A stretch of 64,000 nt of DNA from an uncultured delta proteobacterium (GCA_963816395.1 CAWFKQ010000016.1:416001-480000); one strand, 5' to 3'; positions 18,006 to 30,192 are shown, counted from the stretch's first letter. A program made the numbers and translations. Notes: generated from the sequence alone by a model not told the origin.

Positions 18006-19321
18006 CTACTCTCCGGCGCCGATCGGCGCCAGGGCTTCAGGGGAGGTGAGGAGGCGCTGGCGCTGCCGGCGCAGATAGACCATTTCGCAGAACTCGGCGG
18101 CCAGCAGGAGAAAAACGGCAATGATGAGGCCGGGCAGGGGCGGGGGGAAGAGGTTGAGGACGCCCCAGAGTAAGGAGGATGAACAAAACTTTGCAGAGGA
18201 CGGAACAGCCGAGCTGGCCTGTGCGGTGGGCGCCGGTGAACCAGCCGCGCAGCAGATTGGCGGCGCCGTAGAGACCGGGATAGAAGGCGCAGGCCGCCAG
18301 CGGCAGGGCGATATAGGCGCGGGTGGCGGTGTCCAGCCCCAGGAGATCGCCGAGCACCGGTCGGTTCAGGGGAAAAGCGGTCAGCACGATCAGCAGGCCG
18401 AGGGCACCGCTGAGCCGCTGGATAGAAGGTGACCAGGGGCGGATAGTCGGCGCCCTGCCGGACCAGGGTGAGAAAAGCCTGCTGCAGGTTGCGCATCGGC
18501 CCGCCGAGCAGAAAGATGAAGCCGCGGATGACGCCGAAAGAGGCGAGAGCCAGCGTTCCGTCGGGCAGCCGGCTGATGATGGCGTTGATGAGCAGCGGCA
18601 CGGTCTGCTGCAAACAGGAGGACCAGGCGAGGGGAAAGGCGAAGCGCAGAACCTCGAGCGCTCCCTTCTCCTCATCGCCGCCGGCCGGAATCCGGCAGCG
18701 CAGGGCGAAGAAGCCGACGAAAAGGGTTTCCACGGCGACGCAGGTGACCAGGCCAAAGGCGCCGAGAACCGCCCCCGCGAACCAGCGGCGGCCGAGGAGG
18801 AGGAAGCCGCCGAGGGCGCCGATGCGCACCAGGGTGGCGACTGAGACCAGGGCAGTGCGCCGGGAGCGGATGATCAGTCCCTGGAAAAGGCCGCGAAAGC
18901 CGGTGAAAAAGGGGAGAAAGACGAGGATGCCGAGCGCCCGGCGGGCACCCTCTGCCACCGCCCCGGTCACCCCGAGGAGGCGGCCGAAGACGAATTCCCC
19001 CGCTGGGGTATAGGCGAGCAGGGCCAGCATCAGCGAAACGTATACCGCCACCAGCAGAACAAACAGTACCGTTCCCCGCAGGGAACGTCGGCCGCGGACC
19101 ACGGCGATGGTCAGCGTATGGTTCTGGTAGGAAGGGGAAGCGATGAACAGGTGCAGCACCATGGCCACCGAGAAAGCGGCCAGGGAGGTGACGAAGTCTG
19201 CCTGACGGGCGAGAGCGGCATTAATGATTGAATGGGAGACGCTCATCAGCTGCACGTTCAGCAGCAGGGGAAAAAAGAATAATGCGATCTCCTTTTGCGA
19301 CAGCAGGCGGCGGGCGCTCAC
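18006..19321 (-). CDS. MATE/MOP-like multi-pass membrane protein; frameshifts at ~18425 and ~18170
   Basis: About 12 hydrophobic segments in two similar halves, continuing across three frames to TAG at 18006. Confidence 0.65.
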
Positions 19322-19956
19322 GGTATATCAGCCGGAAACAGTCGCAGCAGATCGGCCGGCTCGGCCGCCCGGAAATCTCCGGCAATGCCGCCGTCGTTCC
19401 CCATCCCCCAGGCGCAGAAGCAGGTTTTTACCCCGGCGGCACGCCCGGCCCGCAGGTCCGTATGGTGATCGCCGATCATCACCGCCTGCTCCGGCCGGCT
19501 GCCCAACTGCTCCAGGGCGAGCAGGACCGGGGCCGGATGCGGTTTCTTTTCGGCAGCGCTTTCGGCTCCCAGCACCAGGGGAAATAAGGCAAAAAGATCG
19601 AGTCGCCGCAGCAGTTCCCGGGCGAAGTTCAGCGGTTTATTGGTGACCACCGCCAGCCGGTCGCCCCGGTGTCGGGTGAGGAACTCGCGGATGCCCGGGT
19701 AGACGACCGTGGTGTCGGTCAAGTGCTCGCCGTAGAGATGAAGAAAGCGCTGCAGGCGCTCGGGGGAGAAAGCATCGGCCGGCAGGGCACGGGTCAGCAG
19801 CACCCGGGCGCCGTTGCCGACATAACTGCGAACGGTGTTCAGATCGAGGGGAGGAAGGCCCAGTTCCGCCCGCAGTCGGTTGACCGCGGTCGCCAGGTCG
19901 CGAGCAGAGTCGACCAGGGTGCCGTCGAGGTCGAAGAGGAAGGTATCGAAGGACAT
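19318..19956 (-). CDS. HAD hydrolase, phosphoglycolate phosphatase family
   Basis: FDLDGTLVDS, VVTNK, KKPHP, MIGD. Confidence 0.85.
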   Translation of the reverse strand: MSFDTFLFDLDGTLVDSARDLATAVNRLRAELGLPPLDLNTVRSYVGNGARVLLTRALPADAFSPERLQRFLHLYGEHLTDTTVVYPGIREFLTRHRGDRLAVVTNKPLNFARELLRRLDLFALFPLVLGAESAAEKKPHPAPVLLALEQLGSRPEQAVMIGDHHTDLRAGRAAGVKTCFCAWGMGNDGGIAGDFRAAEPADLLRLFPADIP

Positions 19957-19970
19957 GGGCGTAAAAAAAC

Positions 19971-20044
19971 CAGGTATCAGGAGTCAGGTATCAGGAGTCA
20001 GGAAAGTTCGAAACCTGGATCCTGAAGCCTGGTACCTGATTCCT
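19971..20044. repeat. Heptamer-repeat palindrome (TCAGGNN / NNCCTGA)
   Basis: CAGGTATCAGGAGTCAGGTATCAGGAGTCAGG ... CCTGGATCCTGAAGCCTGGTACCTGATTCCT. Confidence 0.75.
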
Positions 20045-21425
20045 AAAATAATCCCGTCAGCCAGGTGAAGAGCCCGGTCTCGCGGGCCTTGAAGAAGAGG
20101 ACAATGCCGACCGCCAGCGGCGAGACGAAGCGGATGAGGAAGTGCCAGGTCGGGTACACCCAGCCATTGCCGCTGCCGATCAGCTCCTCTTTTTCCTCGC
20201 TGCCGCTCCAGAACCAGCCGACGTAGATCGAGATCAACAGGCCGCTGACCGGCAGCAGGTAATTGGAGGCGATCAGGTCGGCGGAATCGAAGAAGGAGCG
20301 GTCGCCGATCAGGTGCCAGTCACCCAGAACATTGTAGGACAGAGCGGTGGGAATGCCGGCCAGGAAAGCCAGGGCGGCCAGGACCAGAGTCGCCCGTTTG
20401 CGCTCCCAGCCGCGTTCGTCGATCAGGTAGGCGACCTGCGCCTCGAGCAGGGAAATAGCGCTGGTCAGGGCGGCGAAGGCCAGCAGCAGGAAGAAGACGA
20501 TGGCCAGGAAGTACCCCCCGGGGATGCGCGAGAAGACCACCGGAATGGTCTTGAACACCAGGCCCGGGCCGGCGGCCGGTTCCATGCCGACCGAGAAGAC
20601 GACGGAGAAGATCGCCAGCCCCGCCATCAGGGCGATAAGAGTATCGAGCACCACCACCCGCAGGCTCGCCGCCAACAGGTCCTCCCGGCGCTCCAGATAG
20701 GAGCCGTAGGTGATCATCGCCGCCATGCCCAGCGACAGGGTGAAAAAGGCGTGCCCCATCGCTTCCAGGACACCGCTGTAGGTGAGGCGGTGGAAGTCGG
20801 GGCGGAACATGAAGGAAAACCCCGCCCAGGCGCCCTTGCTGAGCAGGCCGTTGATGAACAGCGCCGCCAGCAGGAGGAAAAGGAGCGGCATGAGGATCTT
20901 GTTCCAGCGCTCGATCCCCTTTTGTACGCCGCCGACGACGATGCCGAAGCAAAGCAGGATGAAGGCGAAATGCCACACGAGCTGCCGCCCGCCATTGCCG
21001 ATCAGCCCGCCGAAGATTCCCTCGATGGCCTCCGCCGGTTGGCCGGAGAAGCTTCCCTGCAGCGCCCGCAGGATGTAGTCGAGGGTCCAGCCGGCGACCA
21101 CCGAGTAGTAGGAGAGAATGATGAAGGCGGCAGCGACGCTTACCCATCCGGCGGCCAACCAGGGGGAGCGCCGGCCGGCCAGCTGCACGAAAGCGCCGAC
21201 CGCGTCGCGCCGGGTGTGGCGGCCGATCATCAGCTCGGCCATCATGATCGGCAGGCCGATGACGGCGATGCACACCAGGTAGACCAGCACGAACGCCCCG
21301 CCGCCATTACGGCCGGTGATGTAGGGGAATTTCCAGATATTCCCCAGGCCGACCGCGCTGCCGGCGGCCGCCAGGATGAAGCCCAGGCGGCTGGCCCACA
21401 AAGCCCGCGGCGGGCCCTGCTGCAT
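20043..21425 (-). CDS. Sodium-dependent transporter, NSS/SNF family
   Basis: GSAVGLGNIWKFPY, GGGAF, AFFTLSLG, GPGLVF. Confidence 0.92.
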   Translation of the reverse strand: MQQGPPRALWASRLGFILAAAGSAVGLGNIWKFPYITGRNGGGAFVLVYLVCIAVIGLPIMMAELMIGRHTRRDAVGAFVQLAGRRSPWLAAGWVSVAAAFIILSYYSVVAGWTLDYILRALQGSFSGQPAEAIEGIFGGLIGNGGRQLVWHFAFILLCFGIVVGGVQKGIERWNKILMPLLFLLLAALFINGLLSKGAWAGFSFMFRPDFHRLTYSGVLEAMGHAFFTLSLGMAAMITYGSYLERREDLLAASLRVVVLDTLIALMAGLAIFSVVFSVGMEPAAGPGLVFKTIPVVFSRIPGGYFLAIVFFLLLAFAALTSAISLLEAQVAYLIDERGWERKRATLVLAALAFLAGIPTALSYNVLGDWHLIGDRSFFDSADLIASNYLLPVSGLLISIYVGWFWSGSEEKEELIGSGNGWVYPTWHFLIRFVSPLAVGIVLFFKARETGLFTWLTGLF

Positions 21426-21426
21426 G

Positions 21427-22119
21427 TCAGTGTCGCTCCCGTTCACCAAAAATCGCCGTCCCCACGCGCACCAGGGTTGCCCCTTCCTCGATGGCAACCT
21501 CGAAATCGTGACTCATCCCCATCGACAACTCTCGCATTTCCACCCCCGGCAGACCCAGGCGGTCGATCTCCCCGGCCAGCTCGCGCAGGCGGCGGAAGAA
21601 AGGGCGCACCGCCTCCGGGTCCTCGCAGTAGGGAGGCAGAGCCATCAGCCCTCGCAGGCGCAAGTGCGGCAGGGTCGCCGTCTGCCGGACCAGATCGACC
21701 AGGGCCGATGCCTCGGCCCCCGCCTTACTCGCTTCCTCCCCCAGGTTGAGCTGCAGCAGGATGTTTGCCGGCCGTCCGAGCCTGCCCCACTGGCGATCGA
21801 TCTCCCGGGCCAGGGAAAGGCGGTCCACGGAATGGATCAGGTCGACCCGGCCGCCCAGGTATTTGACCTTGTTGCTCTGCAGGGCGCCGATGAAATGCCA
21901 TTCCACCGGTGTCTTTACCTGCTCGGCCTTGGCCGTGAACTCCTGGACGTAGCTTTCTCCGAACAGCCGCTGGCCGGCGGCGGCCGCCGCTTCGACCAGG
22001 GCGGCCGGCTTGGTCTTGGAGACCGCCACCAGGCGCACCCCGGCCGGGTCCCGTGCGGCGCGGGCACAGGCGGCGGCGATGCGGGAGCGGATCTGTCGGA
22101 GGTTTTCCTGGATGTCCAT
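21427..22119 (-). CDS. yggS: PLP homeostasis protein, YggS family
   Basis: LVAVSKT, WHFIGALQSNK, LSMGMSHDF, VRVGTAIFG. Confidence 0.93.
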   Translation of the reverse strand: MDIQENLRQIRSRIAAACARAARDPAGVRLVAVSKTKPAALVEAAAAAGQRLFGESYVQEFTAKAEQVKTPVEWHFIGALQSNKVKYLGGRVDLIHSVDRLSLAREIDRQWGRLGRPANILLQLNLGEEASKAGAEASALVDLVRQTATLPHLRLRGLMALPPYCEDPEAVRPFFRRLRELAGEIDRLGLPGVEMRELSMGMSHDFEVAIEEGATLVRVGTAIFGERERH

Positions 22120-22135
22120 AGTTATCGAAAAGCGG

Positions 22136-22210
22136 GACTCAGGTAACGGGAATCAGGTATCAGGAAATCTTCAGGCTGATTTTACCTGAAACCCGACACC
22201 TGAATCCTGC
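22136..22210. repeat. Heptamer-repeat palindrome (same family as 19971)
   Basis: TCAGGTAACGGGAATCAGGTATCAGG ... ACCTGAAACCCGACACCTGAATCCTG. Confidence 0.7.
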
Positions 22211-22225
22211 CACCGATCTTGCCCT

Positions 22226-22823
22226 TTAAAAGAGTTTTATCGCCCCCAGCCTTTCCAGCACCTCCACCACTTCGCACAGCGGCAGGCCCACCACGCTGGT
22301 GTAACTGCCGGCGATGCTGCGCACCATGAAGGCGCCGATCCCCTGGATGGCGTAGGCGCCAGCCTTGTCCATCGGTTCCCCGGTCGCAATGTAACCCGCG
22401 ATTTCCGCCTCTGTCAACTCCCGGAAGCACACCGTGGTGGTCACCGTCCCGGCCACGGTGGCGCCGCTCCGGCGGTCGTGGACGGCGTAACCGGAGAGCA
22501 CCTGGTGCTCCCGGCCGGCACAGGGAGCGAAGCATGGCGGCCGCCTCCGACGCATCCTCCGGCTTGCCGAGAATGGTGTCGTCGCGCAGAACGATGGTGT
22601 CGCTGCCGATGAACCAGCGCCCCGGCACCTCACGGCGGCCGGCGACCTCGCGCGCCTTTTCCCGGCTGAGCCGCAGCACGTGCCCGGACGGTGTCTCGCC
22701 GGGGAGGACATTTTCCGGGATGCGGCTGGGGACGACGGTGAAATCGATCCCCAGCGAGGCGAGCAGCTCTCGGCGGCGGGGGGAGGCGGAAGCCAGGACG
22801 ATGTCCGGGGCGGCGGTCGTCAT
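22226..22823 (-). CDS. maf: Maf-family nucleotide pyrophosphatase; frameshift at ~22520
   Basis: [24 protein letters not shown], then [10 protein letters not shown] and VVGLPL in the next frame. Confidence 0.88.
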
Positions 22824-24149
22824 CCGCGCCGCCTCCGGCCGGATCTCGTTCCACCAGGGCGCCAGGTCGGCCAGAGCCCGCTCCGCCAGGGCCAGCCGGC
22901 GGTCGCTGCGCTTGCGCAGGCGCCCTGCCAGCGGGGGAAAAAGGCCGTAGTTGACGTTCATCGGCTGGAAATTCCCGGGGCTGGCATCGGCCAGGTGGGC
23001 GAGGAGGGCGCCGAGGGCGGTGGTTGCCGGCGGCAGGGGGATCGGTCGGCTCTGCAGGTGGCGGGCGGCGAACAGGCCGGCGAGAAAGCCGCAGGCGGCC
23101 GATTCGACATAACCTTCCACGCCGGTGATCTGGCCGGCGAAAAAAAGACCGGGCCGTCCCTTGAACTGCAGGCTTCTCTCCAGACAGGCCGGGGCGTTGA
23201 CAAAGGTGTTGCGGTGCATGCTCCCGAGCCGGGCGAAGCGGGCATTCTCCAGTCCCGGGATGGTCCGGAAGATCCGGCGCTGTTCGGGGTAGGTCAGTTT
23301 GGTCTGGAACCCGACCAGGTTGTAGAGGGTGGCGTGCGCGTCGTCCTGGCGCAGCTGGACTACGGCAAAGGGTTCCCGGCCGCTGCGGGGATCGGGCAGG
23401 CCGACCGGCTTCATCGGGCCGAAAGCCAGAGTCATCTCGCCGCGCTCGGCCATTTCCTCGATCGGCATGCATCCCTCGAAGTGCACGATCTTCTCGAATT
23501 CCCGTCCGGAGACCTTCTGCCCGGCGCGCAGGGCGGCGACAAAGGCGAGGTACTGGTCGCGGTCGAGGGGGCAGTTGACGTAGTCGGCACCCCCCTTGTC
23601 GTAACGCGAAGCGCGCCAGGCCCGGGAAAAGTCAATGGAATCGGCCTCGACGATGGGCGCGATGGCGTCGTAGAAGTAGAGGTGCTCCTTGCCGGTCAGG
23701 CGGGCGACGGCGGCCGAGAGCGCCTCCGAGGTCAGCGGCCCGGAGGCGACGATGACCGTTCCGCCATCCGGAATTTCGGTGATTTCCTCGCGGATCAGTT
23801 CAATCTGCGGATGATCCTCGATCTGCCGGGTCATAGTGGCGGCGAAGGCCTCCCGGTCTACTGCCAGGGCGCCGCCGGCCGGGACCGCGGTGGCGTCCGC
23901 GGCGGCCATGAACAGGCTGCCGCAGCGGCGCAGCTCCTCCTTCAGGCAGCCGACGGCGTTGTTCATCCCGGTGCCGCGCAGGCTGTTGGAGCAGACCAGT
24001 TCGCCGAGCAGGGAGGAGTGGTGCGCCGGGGAGAAGCGCTGCGGCTTCATCTCGTAGAGGATAACGGAGAGCCCGGCGCGGGCGGCCTGCCAGGCCGCCT
24101 CGCAGCCGGCCAGGCCGCCGCCGATGACGATCAGGGGAGAGGAGGACAA
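22820..24149 (-). CDS. trmFO: Folate/FAD-dependent tRNA U54 methyltransferase (3' end uncertain; reads in frame into maf)
   Basis: [43 protein letters not shown]. Confidence 0.92.
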
Positions 24150-24188
24150 AGCGACTTTCCTGGGACCGGCAGAGGCCGGTCCGGACGG

Positions 24189-26569
24189 TTATTTCTTGCT
24201 GCCTTTGGCCGCTTTCTTACCCGCGGCCGCCTTCTTGCCGGCCGCCTTGCGGGCAACCGGTTTCTCCGTCGCCGCCTTCTTTTCCGGCGGCACCAGGACT
24301 TCCTTGAAGTCGCACTGCTCCTGCGGGCAGCGGCGTACGGTTCCCTCCCGCTGGGTGGTTTTTTCCACCGTCAGCGGAAAGCCGCATTTGGGGCAGGGCT
24401 CGGTAAGGGGTTTGTCCCAGAGGGCATATTTGCACTGGGGATAACGGCTGCAGGAGTAGAAGAGCTTGCCGTAGCGGCTCTTCTTCTCCATCAACTCCCC
24501 CTGCTGGCAGCTGGGACAGGTGATCCCCAGTCGATTTCGGCTTCACCAGCGGCTGGATGTTGCGGCACCCCGGATAGGCGGAACAGGCCAGGTACTTGCC
24601 GAAGCGGCCTTCCTTGATCAGCATCGGCGCACCGCATTTGTCGCATTTTTCTTCCGAGAGCACCGGCTCCTCCCGCGCCTCGTTCGGCAGCGGTTCGGTG
24701 TGCCGGCACTCGGGGAATCCTGAGCAGGCGAGAAACTTGCCGCTGCGGCCGAGCTTGACGACCAGCGGCCGACTGCATTCAGGGCAGGTGCGGTCGGTCT
24801 TCTCGGTGGTGACATCCTCCTTGCTCACCTCCTGCTCTTTCTGCCGCAGCAGGCCGATGAAGGGCTGCCAGAAACCGTGCAGCACCGGCTGCCATTTCTC
24901 CTCGCCGCGGGAGATGGCGTCGAGGTCCTCTTCCAGTCTTGGCGGTGAACTCGTAATCGACGTACTGGGGGAAGTGGTTCACCAGGAGGTCGTTGACCAC
25001 CATGCCGACGTCTTCCGGGTAGAAGGTGCGTTTCTCCAGGCGCACATACTTGCGCACCACCAGGGTGTTCATGATGGAGGCGTAGGTGGAAGGGCGGCCG
25101 ATGCCGTTCTCCTCCAGGGTCTTGACCAGGCTGGCCTCGGTGTAGCGCGGCGGCGGCTGAGTGAAGTGCTGCTCGGGCAGGATGTCCCGGCGCTCCAGGG
25201 CCTCTCCCTCCTCCAGCGGGGGAAGGGTGCCCTCCCGCTCCTCCTCGGCCTCGTCCGACCCCTCGATATAGAGCTTCATAAAGCCCGGGAAACGGATGAC
25301 CTGCCCGGAGGCGCGGAACAGGAAGCGCTCGCCGGCGGCGATATCCACCGTCGTCGCATCGAGAATGGCCGCCGCCATCTGCGAGGCGACCATGCGCGTC
25401 CAGATCAGATGATAGAGCCGGTACTGGTCGGAGGTGAGATGCGGCTTCACCTTCTCCGGCGTATTGGCGACGGAGGTGGGGCGGATCGCCTCGTGCGCCT
25501 CCTGGGCGTTTTTCGCCTTGCTCTTATACACCCGCGGCTTGGCCAGGGCATATTCCCCGCCGAACAGGCGGGTGATCACCTCCTGCGCCTCGGCCGTCGC
25601 CACCTGGGAGAGGGCGACGGAGTCGGTGCGCATGTAGGTGATCAGACCGACCGCCCCTTCGCCGATATCGATCCCCTCGTAGAGTTTCTGGGCGGTGCTC
25701 ATCGTCTTGCGGGCGGAGAAGCCGAGCTTGCGGCTCGCCTCCTGCTGCAGGGTGCTGGTGGTGAAGGGGGCGGCGGGGTTGCGCCGCTTCTCGCTGCGGG
25801 TGACGGCGCTGACGGTGAAGGCGGGAGCCGCGGCCGTGCGTCGTCCCGCGTGAGCGCCGCCGTCAGTTCCTGGGCTCGCGCCTCGTCGGCGATGGCGAAC
25901 TTGTCCAGCTTCTCGCCGTCGACGGCGACCAGGCGGGCGCGCACTTCCTTGCCGGCCGCCGTGCGCCAGCAGGGCGTCGATGGTCCAGTATTCCCGGGAC
26001 TCGAAAGCCTGGATCTCCTTTTCCCGATCGCAGATCAGGCGCAGCGCCACCGACTGGACGCGGCCGGCGGAGAGCCCGTAGCGGATCTTTTTCCAGAGAA
26101 AGGGGGAGAGATTGAAACCGACCAGGTAATCGAGGATGGCCCGCGCCTGCTGGGCATCGACCAGGTTGTGGGAGATGCTGCCGGGCTCCTGCATCGCCTT
26201 CTGTATCGCCCCCTTGGTGATCTCGTGGAAGGTGACGCGGCGGACCTGGGGTTCCTCTCCGCTTTCCCGGATGCCGAGGGCCTGCAGCAGGTGCCAGGCG
26301 ATCGCTTCCCCCTCGCGGTCGGGGTCAGTGGCGAGGATCAGTTCCTGGCTGTTGGCGGCTTCTTTGCGCAGCAACTCGATCTGCCGGCTGCTCTCCGGCA
26401 GGATGTGGTAGTGGGGCTGGAAATCATGCTCGACATCGACCGAACCCTGCTTGCTGGGGAGGGCCCGCACGTGGCCATAGGAGGCCAGAACCTTATAGCC
26501 CTTGCCGAGAAACTTTTCGATGGTTTTCGCCTTCGCCGGGGATTCGACGATGACCAGTGATTTTGTCAT
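24189..26569 (-). CDS. topA: DNA topoisomerase I with zinc ribbons and Lys-rich tail; about 4 frameshifts
   Basis: VIVESPAKAKTI, ATDPDREGEAI, SAGRVQS, ITYMRTD, GIGRPSTY. The C4 zinc fingers continue in ORFs 24217..24885 and 24189..24494. Confidence 0.93.
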
Positions 26570-26739
26570 GGTACCTCAGGGTTGATTATTGCGCAGGGGG
26601 ATGCCGCCTCTGCTTTCCCGATTCGAATTGGAATGAGTCTAGCGCCGCCGCCCCGAAGTGCAAAATCTTTTTTACCGCCAGCTGCAGAGATCGATAAAAC
26701 AAAAAGGCTGCAGGATATCTGCAGCCGCCGTCTCGCCGC

Positions 26740-27208
26740 TCAATGATAGAGCCGCGACCAGTCGTCCTCGAACAGGCAGTCCATCTGCCGCCGCCAGTCG
26801 TCCTGGGAACGGGCAAAGAGGGTCAGGGCAATGATCGCTTTCAGGTCCTTGAGGGTCACCTCGTCCTCACCCGACTGCCAGGGCTCGTTCGACGACCTCC
26901 TCATGAGCTTCGTCGTCCAGAACTCCCATGGCGCGCAGCCGCAACAGGAAACCACGGGCATCGGAGGAGAGAGCCCGGGTTTCCTCGGCAGAAAACACCC
27001 GATTGGTGGGGAGGGACAGGTTTGCGGCAGACTGCTCGGCGGATTGCAGGGCAAGGCGCTCCATCCAGCTGAAGGCGGCGTCAATCTCCTCCGCGACAAA
27101 GCCGACCGCCAGCAGTGTCCCAACCAGATCTTCTTCGCTCAGCGGTTCACGCTCTTCCATGACCAACTGGGCTATAAGGGTGACAATGGCCAGCACCCGA
27201 TCTCTCAA
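26740..27208 (-). CDS. smg: Smg/DUF494 family protein; frameshift at ~26878
   Basis: TTG start with GGAG RBS; GF..EEIDAAFSW and RVFSAEE; conserved dprA-smg-topA gene order. Confidence 0.75.
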
Positions 27209-27228
27209 AAGGTCTCCTGTGGACACGT

Positions 27229-28325
27229 TCAGCTCCGCCTGCGGCGAACATAGCGCATGCCGGGAAGGGGTTCGCAGGCCTCCCTGGAGTTCCAGGTGCA
27301 GTAAAATAACGGAAACCTCCATGGGTGTCAAGCCGCTTTTCCGGACCAGATGGTCGATATGGACGGGCTCGTTGCCGAGGTGCTGATAGAGGCGGCGGGC
27401 GTTGCCGTCGAGGCTGGCGGCAAAGTCCTCCTCTTCTTTCCGATCCTGCCGCCGGGGGGCCTGCGGCCAGAGAACGGTAAGGATGTCGGCGGCCCCGGTC
27501 ACCAGGTGGGCACCCTCTTTGAGCAACTGGTGGACGCCGCTGCTCACCGGGGAATTCACCGGACCGGGAACGGCGAAGACCTCCCGACCCTGCTCCAGGG
27601 CGAACTCGACGGTGATCAGGGAGCCGCTGCCGGCGGCGGCTTCCACCACCAGAACGCCCCGGCTGAGTCCGCTGATGATACGGTTGCGCCCCGGGAAATG
27701 ACCAGGCAGGGGAGGGGTGCCGGGGGGGTATTCGCTGAGGATCGCCCCCCGCTCCAGCAGGCGATGGAATAGACGGGCATTCTCCGGGGGGTAGATCCGG
27801 TCGATGCCGCAGCCGAGAACTCCGATGGTGGGGCCGCCCCCCTCGAGGGCGCCGAGATGGGCGGCGGTATCGATTCCCCGCGCCAGGCCGCTGACGATGG
27901 TGATGCCCCGGGACGCCAGTTCCGCGCAGACGCCGAGGGTGAAGCGTCCGCCGGCTTCCGAGGCCCGGCGGGAGCCCACTACCGCCAGTGCTTCCGCCGG
28001 CGGAAGTTCCCCCCGCACATAAAGCAGGACAGGCGGATCATGGATGGTCCGCAGCAGCGGCGGATAACGTTCATCCGTCAGCGGCAGCAGGTGCACCCCG
28101 AGGTTCTCCAGGCCGGCGCAGGCCTGCGCCAGAAGCGGGTCGTCCGCCGCCTGGCAGGGTCGCGGCGACCGCCTCGCGCAGGCCGGCCCGTTTCACCCAG
28201 GCGCCCGGCCCGGCGGCGAGGATGGCCGGTGCCGGACCAAAAACCTCCAATAAACGAAGCATCCCCCGCCGCCCCAGGCCGCGGGTGAGATGCAGGCGCA
28301 GCCAATCCTTTTCCTCAGCGGTCAT
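27229..28325 (-). CDS. dprA: DNA-processing protein DprA; frameshifts at ~28150 and ~27275
   Basis: YPPLL..IHDPP, AVVGSR, VSGLARGIDTAAH, FPGRNRIISGLS, SGSLIT. Confidence 0.92.
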
Positions 28326-28407
28326 TTCCCCCCTCCGCCGGAAAAAGAAAAAGGATTGAGCAGCTCAATCCTTTTTCCATGCTTGCATCGTCGTGACCGC
28401 CCCTGGC

Positions 28408-29431
28408 CTACTCGACTTCCGTCGTAACCTGGTCGCCGCGGTAAATCGGCCCGACCGATTTGAGGACCAGGGCCGAGGCGGTGCCGAGTTGCGTCTCCAG
28501 TACGACCGCCGATCCCAGCAGCACCTCGGGCAGTTGGAGGTCCTGCCGCAGGGCGTGGTCCGTTGCCTGTCGGGGGCGTGAAATGTAGAGCAGGTTGCCG
28601 GCATCCAGCCCGTCCTGGGCGCCGAGGTCGATATAGATGACGTCGTACTGGCCAAGGGCGATCTTGTCGCTGCCGCCAGCCACCAGGTAGCCGGTCAAAG
28701 CCTGGCGCGCCTTTTTCAGGACGACTTCCTGCACCGGCGGCTGCCAGGGACGGAGTTTCGCCCCGCGCTCGATCTCCCGCGAGGAAGAGGTGATGACCGC
28801 AGTGGCGACAGACGGATGGATCTGGTCGATGGTGAGGGCGCCGGAATCGATCACCTTATATGCCGAGTTTCTCGCCGGTCACCGGGTGCAGGACCTCTTT
28901 GCCGAGCTGATAAAGGGAGAAGCGGTCGCCGGGGTGAGTGGCGGTCAGGTCCCGCATCTCCACGAAGACCTTGTCTCCCGCTCCCATCATGATCCGGTTG
29001 TCCATGGTATCGACGAGAACGCCGGTGTCGGAGAATTCTTCGCTGCCGATGAAGCCCTCAACGGCAGCCGGCGTCTTGATGGTGATCGCCTCCTGCACCG
29101 GTTCCATCTTTTCGGACTCCTCAACCGGGGTCGGCGCCGCCGCTTTCGCCATCGCCGGTGCCGGGCGCCATGCGCCGGCCCAGGGATGATCTCGATCCGG
29201 CCATTGTAGATCTTCACCTGCTGGCCGGGATAAATGAAGTGAGGATTGGTAATGCGCGCGGTTGTGCGACCAGAGACTGGGCCAGTAATCCGGGTCCTTG
29301 ATGAAGCGTTCGGAAATCCCCCAGAGGGTATCGCCCTTTTTAATAATGTAGGTTTGCGGCTCTTCCTGAGCCAGGGCGGCCAGAGGGATGAGCCCCAGAC
29401 AGAACAGCAGTACCAATTTCTTCATCATCAT
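28408..29431 (-). CDS. Secreted LysM-domain protein; about 3 frameshifts
   Basis: Signal peptide and YIIKKGDTLWGIS LysM motif; typical position upstream of dprA. Confidence 0.8.
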
Positions 29432-29460
29432 TGCAGTCTCCCGTGACATGGAATGGCGGG

Positions 29461-30192
29461 TTATTCGCTTCCCTGGGCTTTGTGGGCCGCCGCGCTGTCG
29501 GGATAACGCTCCTGCAACTGCTTCAGGACCTCCCCCGCCCGGTCGTTCCGGTTCATCTGCTTCAGGGTCGCCGCCAGCTTCAGCAGTGCATCGGGGGCTT
29601 TGGCGCTGTGCGGGTACTGGTCGATCGCTTTCTGGAATGCTTCCGCCGCCGCCGCGTACTGCTGCAGGGAATAGTAGCATTCTCCGAGCCAATACAGGGC
29701 ATGGCCGGCGTAATCGTTGCCCGAATAGAGCCGGAGGAATGTCTGGAAGCCGTCAATGGCCTGGGGATAATGGCCTGAGGCATAATCGGCAAAGGCCCGC
29801 AGGTAGGTTTCGGTCGGCGTGGCGGGTTTCCCCGCGGTGGTTCCGGACGGCGCGCCCTGGGCCGGCCCTCCGGCCTTTTCCCCGTACGGGGTGACTTTTT
29901 GTGCCAGGAGAGTAGCGCGCAGGTTGCTGATCATCTGCTGCTGATCCTGCAGGCGTCCTTCCGCCAGCACCATGTTGTCCTGCAGGTGCTGCAGTTGTTT
30001 GCTCAGATCCGCCTGCCCCTGGTGCAACTCCTGAAGTTCCCTGCTGACGTCCGGCGGCACGGCCGGAGCGCTGGCGGAAACACTGGCCGGTGCACTGACG
30101 GGGGTGCTGGCCGAAGGAGGTGCAATGCCGGCGCAACCCGCCAGGATCCCTCCCAGAAATGCCACGCCGACGAGGATGAAAGATGTCCGCAT
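29461..30192 (-). CDS. cpoB: Tol-Pal-associated TPR lipoprotein, YbgF/CpoB-like
   Basis: Lipobox LAG-C, coiled coil, TPRs ALYWLGECYY and KAPDALLK. Confidence 0.8.
   Translation of the reverse strand: MRTSFILVGVAFLGGILAGCAGIAPPSASTPVSAPASVSASAPAVPPDVSRELQELHQGQADLSKQLQHLQDNMVLAEGRLQDQQQMISNLRATLLAQKVTPYGEKAGGPAQGAPSGTTAGKPATPTETYLRAFADYASGHYPQAIDGFQTFLRLYSGNDYAGHALYWLGECYYSLQQYAAAAEAFQKAIDQYPHSAKAPDALLKLAATLKQMNRNDRAGEVLKQLQERYPDSAAAHKAQGSE

Noticed and set aside
17801..19321. Apparent membrane protein with a Cys-rich tail (506 aa)
   Set aside because: The hydrophobic sequence continues in other frames to TAG at 18006, and the Cys-rich ORF has its own RBS.
24189..26569. topA and other broken genes as pseudogenes
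   Set aside because: All domains are present and conserved across frames; sequencing error is the simpler explanation.
26867..28096. Apparent DprA-Smg fusion
   Set aside because: One indel at ~27275 restores the DprA end (PLPGMRYVRRRRS*), and smg has its own RBS and TTG start.
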